A stretch of 59,882 nucleotides of DNA from Thermoanaerobaculia bacterium. GTDB lineage: Bacteria > Acidobacteriota > Thermoanaerobaculia > Multivoradales > UBA5704. The position numbers and the translations under genes are program-made. The DNA lies in the NCBI GenBank assembly GCA_036266195.1, contig DATANP010000366.1:1-59882 (forward strand), given 5' to 3'. Below the pieces are notes generated by a model. That model had not been told where the DNA came from. It made no database searches and saw nothing but the letters and a program-made list of their open reading frames with translations. Positions 46,762-55,600 of the stretch are shown piece after piece. The first letter of the stretch is position 1. Each line of letters begins with the position of its first letter.

Positions 46762-47131
46762 GGAGACCTCTCGTTCCGAATCGAGGGTAACGCCCCAGGC
46801 GGGAAGCGTCAAGCCACGTCCCGCGTCGCCGGAGGCCGTAACATGCGACGCCCTACTGCGCAACCCCGGGCTGGGGAGAGACATCCTGGCGACGTTCAAG
46901 CTTGTCGCAAACTCCTCCCGATTTGACGCAAATCCCGGCTCCGCAGAGGCCGCAACCCGGTTTTCCGCCGCCGCGCCCGGGATTTTTGACGCGAATCACC
47001 CGTGTTCTGACGCGACAATTCAGGGGGCAGACCCTGCCCATCCAATTGTTGCGACAAAAATCACGGGTTTGGGGACAGGTTTCGGGCCTTCGCCCTCGGA
47101 CAGGCAGGCCTACAGCGAAGCGCAGGAATTC

Positions 47132-48088
47132 TCAGAGGCCGAGATCGTCCAGCGAGGACGCCGCGAAGAGTCTCCTGCCAATCTTCTTGAGCTCTTCGGG
47201 ATCCCGGATGCTCTCGATCCGATGGCGAAGCGTATGTGGCAAGGGGCCAAATCGTTCTTCGATCTGAGAGAGAAGAAAGTCCTGGCGGCCCTGCTGGCGG
47301 CCTTGCTGGAGGCCCTCCTCCAGGCCTTCCTTCTTCCACTCCTGGGTCCATTCCATGACTCGCTCTGCGAGCATTGTGTGGATCTCCTCCAGACTCCCGG
47401 TCTCCGCCAGGGAGACTCCTGGAAACTTTGCCGGTATCAAAACCTGCGTGAGCCAGCTCCGTACCGACCTCCGCAGACTGTCATCAAGCTCCGGAACAGC
47501 CGTCAGACGGCCCACCTCCTGCTTCAAGGCCTCCAGATCGCGGCTCTTCTCCAGTCGGAACAGGGCCGCGGCCAGGTTCCGCTCGGACTCGAGCTCCATC
47601 TCCGGAATCTGCGACTCGTCCAGCAGAGCGTAGCGCAGATGGGGACGATAGGCTTCGAGCCCGCCGGGTACCGCCTCGATCAGGTCGGCTACGTCCGAGG
47701 CGGCCTGCCAGGGCCGCTTCCCATTGTACAGGACCAGGATGAAGACCGGCGGCAGTTTGCCCGAGGGGGTAAAGGCCTTCTGTTTGAGCAGATCCTGGTA
47801 GAGAAGGACCTGGTATTCCAACACCCGCAGCGCCATGTGCGGGTCCACCGAGGATTGGAACTCCAGCAGGATGTAGACGTACAGAAAACGGTCCCGCCAT
47901 CGGACCTTCCACAGCATGTCGCTCTCGCGGGCCCTGAGGCTTTCGTGGACGTACGAGCCCTCCACACGCTCCAGCGTCTGGAAGTCGACCTCCTTGACCC
48001 AATCCTCCCTGACAAAGCCGCGCAGCAGGTCCGCCACTACCGCGGCATGGGAGAAGAGAAGCTTGTAGCCGGCATCGTGTCGCGCCAT
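47132..48088 (-). CDS. Rpn-family recombination-promoting nuclease / putative transposase (PD-(D/E)xK), with DUF4351-like C-terminus
   Basis: HDAGYKLLFSH...ADLL N-terminus, SDMLWKV...YVYILLEFQS (D...ExQ core), and a C-terminal EGLEEGLQQGRQQGRQDFLLSQIEERFGPLP segment typical of the family. GC is lower than in the flanking NRPS genes. Confidence 0.8.
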   Translation of the reverse strand: MARHDAGYKLLFSHAAVVADLLRGFVREDWVKEVDFQTLERVEGSYVHESLRARESDMLWKVRWRDRFLYVYILLEFQSSVDPHMALRVLEYQVLLYQDLLKQKAFTPSGKLPPVFILVLYNGKRPWQAASDVADLIEAVPGGLEAYRPHLRYALLDESQIPEMELESERNLAAALFRLEKSRDLEALKQEVGRLTAVPELDDSLRRSVRSWLTQVLIPAKFPGVSLAETGSLEEIHTMLAERVMEWTQEWKKEGLEEGLQQGRQQGRQDFLLSQIEERFGPLPHTLRHRIESIRDPEELKKIGRRLFAASSLDDLGL

Positions 48089-48131
48089 CCGCCCTCCCGG
48101 AACATGGATCTTTCCAAGGAGACGCAGGGTA

Positions 48132-51100
48132 TCACAAAGCGGAAGACGTTCGCTGCGCCCGCTCCGCCGCCTCCAGGCTGAGGCGCAGGCGCTGGGCCAG
48201 GGTGCGGACGTGCGGCTCGGCGAGGAGGTTGAGGTGGTGGCCCGGCACGGGTACGATCTCGACCGGCTCCGTCGTGAGACGGCTCCAGCCGAAGTCCCCG
48301 ACTTCCTCGTCCGCCCGGAAGAGGATGACGGGGCCCGCGTACGGCCTGGGCTCGTAGAGGCTCGCCGCGCGGGCGTTGGCCTTGTAGACGTCCAGCACCC
48401 GGGTCACCTGCTCCAGGCCCGTCCCGGGCGGCAGGAAGTCGGCCTGGCGGAGGGCCTCCAGCAGGCGGGCGCGCTGCTCCTCGGGCGCGAGACCTTCCAG
48501 ATCGTCGCGGGTGAGATCCAGCTTCTTGCCCCAAAGGTTCTCGACGTAGGCCGCCATGTCGGCCAGGAAGGCGGCATCATCCTCCAGGGCTCCCTGGCTC
48601 GTGGGGCCCGCGATCTCGGGCGAAGCATCGAGGAGGGCCAGGAGCGCGACCTCGTCTCCCTGCTCGCGGAGCTTGCGCGCCATCTCCCAGGCGATCAGGC
48701 CGCCCAGCGACCAGCCTCCGAGACGGTAGGGGCCGGCGGGCTGGACCTTCTTCATCTCCTCGATATAGAGAGCCGCCATGTCCTCGATCCGGCCGAGAGG
48801 CGCCTCGTTTCCGGAGAGACCCCGCGACTGGAGGCCGTAGACCGGCTGGTCCGGACCCAGATACCGGCCGAGCGCCGCGAAGCAGAGCACGTCGCCGCCG
48901 GCCGGGTGGACCAGGAAGAGGGGCGGCTCCGTGCCGAGCGCCTGGATCGGCACCAGGATGGACCCGGTCTCCTCCGCCTCGCCGCGCAGGCGCGCGGCCA
49001 TGGACTCGACCGTGCCGCCCTGGAAGAGGACCGCCAGCGGCAGCTCCCTGCCGAAGCGCTCCTGGACGCGGGCCATCAGGCGGACGGCCATCAGCGAGTG
49101 GCCGCCCAGCTCGAAGAAGTCGTCCCGCACGCCGACGCGCGGCACGTCCAGCACCTCGGCCCAGATTCGCGCCAGCGCCAGCTCCAGCACGTCCCTGGGC
49201 TCGACGCGCTCGCCCGTGGCTCCGGCTCCGCCGAGGTGCGCCAGGGCGAGGCGGTCCAGCTTGCCGGTCGGGGTCAGGGGCAGCGCCTCCAGGAAGAGGA
49301 AGCCGGCGGGGACCATGTAGTCGGGCAGCCGGCCGCGCAGGTGCTCGCGGAGCTGGGCGCCGAGATCCTGGCGCTCCTCAGAGACGGCCGGACTCGGGAC
49401 GACGCAGGCCATGAGCCGGCGGCCCCCCTCTTCGCGGACGAAGACCGCGCACTCGGCCACGAGCGGGTGCCTGGCGAGCGCCGCCTCGATCTCGCCCAGC
49501 TCGATGCGCAGGCCGCGGATCTTCACCTGGCGGTCGACGCGGCCGAGGAACTCGATGTCGCCGCCTGGGAGCCAGCGCGCCAGATCGCCCGTCCGGTAGA
49601 GGCGTTCCCCCGGGCCTCCGAATGGATTGGGAACGAAGCGCTCGGCCGTCAGCCCGGGCCGGTTCAGGTAGCCCCGGGTGAGACCGGCGCCGGCGATGCG
49701 CAGCTCCCCCGGCACCCCCGCCGGGACGATCTCGCCGTGCGGATCGACCAGGTAGGCGCGCGTGTTGCCGATGGGCCGGCCGATCGGCGGCTCCTTTCTA
49801 TAGGAACCCCGGCAGCTCAGCACGGTCGAGTAGACGGTCGTCTCGGTCGGACCGTAACAGTTGAGGAGGCGCGACAGGCCCGACTGCGGCGGCGCCCAGC
49901 GGGTCGCCACCTCGCCCGGACAGGAGTCGCCGCCCACGCTCACCACCCGCAGCGAGGGCAGGTCGGCGTCTCCCGATACCGGCATGGCCCCGAGCACGGC
50001 CGGGGTCAGGACCGCGGTGGTGATCCCCTCGCGGCGGATCATTTCGGCCACGGCCTCGCCGGACATCCGGGTCTCGCGCCGGCTGACGCACAGGGTCGCC
50101 CCCGCGGCGAGCGCCATCCAGGTCTCCAGGACCGAGGCGTCGAAGCTGAAGGAGACCGACTGCAGCACCCGGCTTTCCGGTCCCACCTGGAAGTGCTCCA
50201 CGGCCTGGAGGATGAGCTGCACGGCCGTGCGGTGCGTCACCTGGACTCCATTCGGGCGCCCGGTGGAGCCCGAGGTGTAGATCACATAGGCGAGGTTGTC
50301 CGGATGGGCCTCCAGCAGGACAGCCTCGGGCTCCTCGGCAGGCCGGTCGAGGCAGACGATCTCGGCGTCGGTCTCGGGCAGGACCGCGAGCAGGTCCTGA
50401 TGGGTCAGGATGACACGCGCCTGCGAGTCCTCCAGCATCCAGGCCAGGCGATCGCCGGGGTGGGAGGGATCGAGCGGCAGGTAGGCGCCACCGGCTTTGA
50501 ACACCGCGACAACCGCGACGAGCCGGTCCAGGCCGCGCTCCAGACAGAGCCCCACCAGGCTCTCCGGCCCGACTCCCATCGCAGAGAGACGCCGGGCGAG
50601 GCGTTCGGCCCCGGAGTCCAGCTCGCCGTAGGTGAGGCTCTCGCCTTCGTAGGTGACAGCCAAGGCCTCCGGGTTCCGGACGACGGACGCCTCGAAGAGG
50701 TGGTGCAGGCAGAGATCGCCCGGCTCGGACCACGCGGTATCGTTCCACTCCTCCAGGATCTGGAGGGTCTCGGCCGGGGTGAGGAGCGGCAGGTCCGCGA
50801 GCGGGCGGCCGGGGTCCGCGACGGCCGCGGCGAGGACGGTGCGCAGGTGGCCGGACATGCGCTCGACGGTCGCGGCGTCGAAGAGGTCGGTGCTGTATTC
50901 CCAGCCGCCGGTCAGGACCTCCTCGTCGCTGAACGAGAGGAGAAGGTCGAGCTTGGCGGTGCCGCTGTCGAGGTCGAGCGGCTCCAGGGTCATGCCGGGC
51001 AGCTCCAGGGCTCCGGACGGCGCGTTCATCAGGGAGAAGACCGCCTGGTAGAGCGGATGCCGGGCCAGGCTGCGCTCGACCTGCATCTCCTGCACGAGGC

Positions 51101-52607
51101 GCTCGAAGGGCAGGTCCTGATGGGCGTAGGCGCCGAGCGCGGCGGCGCGCACGCGCTGGAGCAGGTCGCGGAAGGCCGGCTCGCCGTCGAGCCGGCCGCG
51201 CAGGGTGACGGCGTTGACGAACAGGCCGATCAGCCCCTCGACCTCGGGCCGGACGCGGTTCGCGATCGGCGAGCCCACGAGCACGTCCCGCTGGCCGGTA
51301 TAGCGGTGCAGCAGGGTCAGGAAGCCGGCGAGGAGGGTCATGAAGAGGGTGCCGCCCTCGCGCCGGCCGAACGTCCGGACGTCGGCCGACAGTCCGGCCG
51401 GGATCGTCACCGGCCGGCTCGCGCCGCGGAAGCTCTGCACCGCCGGGCGCGGCCGGTCCGTGGGCAGCTCCAGCAGGGTGGACGCGCCGGCCAGCTCCCG
51501 CTTCCACCAGGCGATCTGCGAGTCGAGCACCGGGCCGGAGAGCCAGCGCCGCTGCCAGGTAACGTAGTCGGAGTAGCGGACCGGCAGCTCCGGCAGGCCA
51601 TGACCTTCATACAGCGCGGCCAGCTCGCGGACGAAGACGCCCACGGACCAGCCGTCGCTCACGATGTGGTGCATGTTGACGAAGATCACCCACTCCTCCG
51701 GCGCCGTCCGGAGCAGGAGCATCCTCAGGAGCGGCCCGTGGCCGAGGTCGAACGGCCGCGACGCCTCGGTCCGCGCCTGGCGCAGGGCCTCGGCCTCGCG
51801 CCGGTCCGGAGGCAGGGCCGTGAGATCCACCACAGGCATGGGGGCCTGGACTTCCGTCTCGAACCTCTGCCAGGGCTCCCCCTCCTCCTGGTGGAAGGTG
51901 GCGCGGAGCGGCTCGTGGCGAAGGACGATGCCGTCGAGCGCCGATCTCAGGGCGGCCAGATCGAGCTGGCCCGTGGCACGAAGCGCGGCCGGGACGCTGT
52001 AGAGCGCGCCGCCCGGATCCATGCGGTCGAGGAACCAGAGGCGCTCCTGGGCGTAGGAGAGCGGGCTCCAATCATCCAGATCCGCCGACACGATAGGCGG
52101 CAGCAGCACGCTCGATCCCACCCAGGGCTCGGCCGCGATCCGCCGCGCGAGGTCGTCCAGGCGGGGCGTCTCGAACAGGACGCGCACGGGCAGCTCGACG
52201 CCGAACACGTCGCGGACCCGCGACATCAGGCGGGTCGCGAGGAGCGAGTGGCCGCCCAGATCGAAGAAGCTGTCGTCGCTCCGCACGTCCTGGACGCCGA
52301 GCAGGTCGGTCCAGAGGAATGCCAGCAGCTCCTCGGCCGGGGTGAGGAGAGCCGCGCCCTCCCGTTCCGGCCCGGCCGGCTCGATACGGGCGAGCGCCCG
52401 ACGGTCCACCTTGCCGTTGGGCGTCAGCGGCAGGGCGTCCAGGAAGACCCAACCGGTCGGGATCATGGCTTCGGGCAGGCGGGCCGCGAGGAAGTCGCGG
52501 ACCTCACCCCCTGTCCCCCTCTCCCGTCTCCCACCCGCCCGACCCCGGGAGAGGGGGAACGCCTCTGAGGCCTCTTCCTGCGATCTCGGCAACTCCGCCC
52601 CAGTCAC
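48132..52607 (-). CDS. NRPS-C (1491 aa): (C-terminal A-subdomain remnant A9-A10)-T-C-A-T-TE
   Basis: After 35 repeat-derived residues it begins with [37 protein letters not shown] (A9/A10 motifs). T Ser codons at 52245 and 49095. HHIVSDGWS at 51666. A3 core near 50241-50290. TE GWSLGG at 48698-48720. GTG52607 overlaps the NRPS-D stop (GTGA). Confidence 0.9.
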   Translation of the reverse strand: MTGAELPRSQEEASEAFPLSRGRAGGRRERGTGGEVRDFLAARLPEAMIPTGWVFLDALPLTPNGKVDRRALARIEPAGPEREGAALLTPAEELLAFLWTDLLGVQDVRSDDSFFDLGGHSLLATRLMSRVRDVFGVELPVRVLFETPRLDDLARRIAAEPWVGSSVLLPPIVSADLDDWSPLSYAQERLWFLDRMDPGGALYSVPAALRATGQLDLAALRSALDGIVLRHEPLRATFHQEEGEPWQRFETEVQAPMPVVDLTALPPDRREAEALRQARTEASRPFDLGHGPLLRMLLLRTAPEEWVIFVNMHHIVSDGWSVGVFVRELAALYEGHGLPELPVRYSDYVTWQRRWLSGPVLDSQIAWWKRELAGASTLLELPTDRPRPAVQSFRGASRPVTIPAGLSADVRTFGRREGGTLFMTLLAGFLTLLHRYTGQRDVLVGSPIANRVRPEVEGLIGLFVNAVTLRGRLDGEPAFRDLLQRVRAAALGAYAHQDLPFERLVQEMQVERSLARHPLYQAVFSLMNAPSGALELPGMTLEPLDLDSGTAKLDLLLSFSDEEVLTGGWEYSTDLFDAATVERMSGHLRTVLAAAVADPGRPLADLPLLTPAETLQILEEWNDTAWSEPGDLCLHHLFEASVVRNPEALAVTYEGESLTYGELDSGAERLARRLSAMGVGPESLVGLCLERGLDRLVAVVAVFKAGGAYLPLDPSHPGDRLAWMLEDSQARVILTHQDLLAVLPETDAEIVCLDRPAEEPEAVLLEAHPDNLAYVIYTSGSTGRPNGVQVTHRTAVQLILQAVEHFQVGPESRVLQSVSFSFDASVLETWMALAAGATLCVSRRETRMSGEAVAEMIRREGITTAVLTPAVLGAMPVSGDADLPSLRVVSVGGDSCPGEVATRWAPPQSGLSRLLNCYGPTETTVYSTVLSCRGSYRKEPPIGRPIGNTRAYLVDPHGEIVPAGVPGELRIAGAGLTRGYLNRPGLTAERFVPNPFGGPGERLYRTGDLARWLPGGDIEFLGRVDRQVKIRGLRIELGEIEAALARHPLVAECAVFVREEGGRRLMACVVPSPAVSEERQDLGAQLREHLRGRLPDYMVPAGFLFLEALPLTPTGKLDRLALAHLGGAGATGERVEPRDVLELALARIWAEVLDVPRVGVRDDFFELGGHSLMAVRLMARVQERFGRELPLAVLFQGGTVESMAARLRGEAEETGSILVPIQALGTEPPLFLVHPAGGDVLCFAALGRYLGPDQPVYGLQSRGLSGNEAPLGRIEDMAALYIEEMKKVQPAGPYRLGGWSLGGLIAWEMARKLREQGDEVALLALLDASPEIAGPTSQGALEDDAAFLADMAAYVENLWGKKLDLTRDDLEGLAPEEQRARLLEALRQADFLPPGTGLEQVTRVLDVYKANARAASLYEPRPYAGPVILFRADEEVGDFGWSRLTTEPVEIVPVPGHHLNLLAEPHVRTLAQRLRLSLEAAERAQRTSSAL
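48135..48960 (-). other. Thioesterase (TE) domain of NRPS-C
   Basis: PPLFLVHPAGGDVLCF ... RLGGWSLGGLIAWEMA. A close paralogue of the NRPS-A TE. Boundaries are approximate. Confidence 0.9.
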
Positions 52608-52666
52608 GTCCCCCCTCTCCCGGCGGGGGGTGGACGGGAGATGGGAGAGGGGACAGGGGGTGAGGT
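52501..52666. repeat. 166-bp nested palindromic GC-rich element (MITE/REP-like) inserted in an A domain
   Basis: Outer arms are acctcaccccctgtccccctctcccgtctcccacccgcc (52501-) and ggcggggggtggacgggagatgggagaggggacagggggtgaggt (-52666). Inner arms are ccgggagagggggaac and gtcccccctctcccgg. Four GGGAGAGGGG motifs occur in alternating orientation. Confidence 0.85.
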
Positions 52667-55600
52667 CACGACGTAGGCCACCAGCCGACCGTCGCGGGCC
52701 AGCACGGCCGCCTCGCGCACGCCGGGACTCTGCGCAAGCACGGCCTCGATCTCGCCCAGCTCGACGCGGAAGCCGCGGATCTTGACCTGATGGTCGAGGC
52801 GGCCGAGGAACTCGATCTCGCCGCCGGGCAGGAAGCGCGCGAGGTCGCCGGTCCGGTAGAGGCGCTCTCCGCTTTTCCCGGTCAACCCGCCGAACGGGTC
52901 GGGCGCGAAGCGCTCGGCCGTTAGGTCCGGCCGGTTGCGATACCCGCGCGCGAGCCCGGCGCCGGCCACGAAGAGCTCTCCCGGCACCCCGGCCGGCACG
53001 GGCCCGAGCGCCCGATCGAGCAGGTAGACGCGCACGTTGGCGATCGGACGGCCGATGGCCGGCATCCGGTCGCCGCTTGGATCGACGGGATCGGCGGTCG
53101 CGACGACCGTGCCCTCGGTGGGGCCATAGTGGTTGACGAGCGCGAACGGCGCGTCCGCGGAGGGCCGGCGGTGGAGGCGGTCGCCGCCGGTGACCACCAC
53201 GCGCAGCTCCAGCCCGGCCGGCAGGGGCTCAGCCAGGACGGCCTCGGCGAGCGGCGTGGGCAGGAACGACTGGGTGATCCGCTCCGCGGCCATCCAGGCC
53301 ACCAGGTCCGGAGGCGAGGCCACGGTCTCCTGCGGCGGCACGTGGAGCGCGGCACCGGAAGCGAGCGCCGGCCAGACCTCCCAGACCGACGCGTCGAAGC
53401 CCGGACCGGCCAGCAGGGTCGTCCGGTCGCCCGCGCCGGGACCGTAGGTCCGCCGGTGCCAGGCCGTGAGGTTCGAGAGACCCGCGTGGGTCAGCTCCGT
53501 GCCCTTGGGCGCGCCCGTGGAGCCGGACGTATAAATGACATAGGCCAGGAGATCCGTGTGTCCGGCCGGCTCCAGGGGCTCCTCGCTCTCGTCGGCGAGA
53601 TCCCCTACCTCGCGGAGGAGCAGGAGGGCTCCGGAGTCGGCCACGGTGTAGGCGAGGCGCTCTTCGGGGTGGGACGGATCGAGCGGCAGGTAGGCGCCGC
53701 CGGCCTTGAGCACGGCCAGCTCGGCGAGCACCAGCTCCGGCGAGCGCGGGATGCAGACGGCCACGACCGTCTCCGGTCCCACGCCGAGACGCCGCAGCCG
53801 GCGGGCCAGACGGTTGGCGCCCCGGTCGAGCTCGCCGTAAGTAAGAGACCCGTGCGCGGAGACCACGGCGGGCGCGTCGGGCCGCTCGCGGGCCTGGCGC
53901 TCGAACAGGAGATGGACCGGCTCCTTCGGCAGGTCCATCTCCGTCGCGTTCCACTCGCCCAGGATCTGGCGCGTCTCGCCCGGGGTGAGCAGCGGCAGGT
54001 CTTCGAGGTGGCGTCCCGGATCCTCGACGGCGCCGGCGAGCAGCGTCTCGAAGTGGCCGAGCAGGCGCACGATCGTCGCCCGGTCGAAGAGATCCGAGGC
54101 GTACTCGACGCCGCCCGTAAGCGTGCCGCCGGTCTCCGAGAGCGACAGGGTCAGGTCGAACTTCGCGGTGCTCCCCTGGGCGTCGGCCGGCGCCAACAGG
54201 AGGCCGGGCAGCTCGACGGCTCCCGAGGGCAGGTTCTGGAGCGCGAACGTCACCTGGACGAGCGGGCTGTGCGCGAGGCTCCGCTCGACCCGCAGCTCTT
54301 CAACCAAGCGCTCGAACGGCAGATCCTGGTGCGCGAACGCGCCGAGCGCGGAGGTCCGCACGCGGCCGAGAATCTCCTGGAAGCCCGCGTCGGCGAGCCT
54401 GCCGCGCAGGACCAGGGTGTTGACGAAGAAACCGATCAGCCCCTCCAGCTCCAGCCGTCCGCGGCCGGCCACGGGCGAGCCCACGAGCAGATCATCCTGG
54501 CCGGTGTAGCGCGCCAGGAGCGCCTCGAAGCCGGCGAGGAGCGTCATGAACAGCGTGGCTCCCTCGCGCCGCGCCACCTCCGCCAGCGAGGCGGCCAGAT
54601 TCGCGGGCAGCGCGACGGCCTCCACCGCGCCGCGGTAGCTCTGCACTGCGGGCCGCGGCCGGTCGGTGGGCAGCTCCAGGAGCGCCGGAGCCCCGTCCAG
54701 CTCGGCGCGCCACCAGGCGAGCTGAGCCTCCAGGACCTCGTCCTGCAGCCACTGCCGCTGCCAGGCCGCGAAGTCGGCGTACTGCACGGGCAGCCCGGGC
54801 AGGGAGCGGCCGGCGTACAGGGCCGACAGCTCCTGGACCAGGATGCCGAATGACCAACCGTCTCCCGCGATGTGATGGAGGTTGAAGAGCGCGAGCCAGT
54901 CCCGCTCGTCCAGGCGGACGAGCCCGGCACGCAGCAGGGGCCCGCGCCGGAGATCGAACGGCCGCACCGCCTCCTCGGCCGCCAGCCGCAGGGCCTCGGC
55001 CTCACTGTCCGGCAGGGCTCGCAGATCGATCACGGGCAGGCGGAGCCGGACCTCCGGATCGACCACCTGGCGCGGCTCGCCGTCGATCTCCAGGAACGTG
55101 GCGCGCAGCACCTCGTGCCGGTGGGCGATTTCGCGCAACGCGGTTTCCAGGAGCGCGACGTCCACCTCCCCGGTCAGGCGCAGGGCCGACGGCATGTTGT
55201 AGAGCGGGCTCCCGGGTGTGAGGCGGTCGATGAACCACAGCCGCTCCTGGGCGAACGAGAGCGGCGCCGGGCCGCCGTCCGTCCGCCGCGGGATCGGAGG
55301 CGCGCTGGACATCGTGGCCTCGTCGATCCGCCGCGCCTGGTCAGAGAGGACCGAGGCCTCGAAGAAGGCGCGCAGCGGCAGCTCGACGCCGAACGCCTCG
55401 CGCACCCGGGACGACAGCCGCGTCGCGAGGAGCGAGTGGCCGCCGAGGTCGAAGAAGTCCGACGCGGTCCCGACCCTCTCGACTCCCAGCAGGCCGGACC
55501 ACAGCGCGGCGAGTCGCTCCTCCGTCTCCGTGCGCGGAGCCTCTCCGCTGCCGGCCTCGATCCCGGGCTCGATTCGGGCCAGCGCACGGCGGTCCACCTT

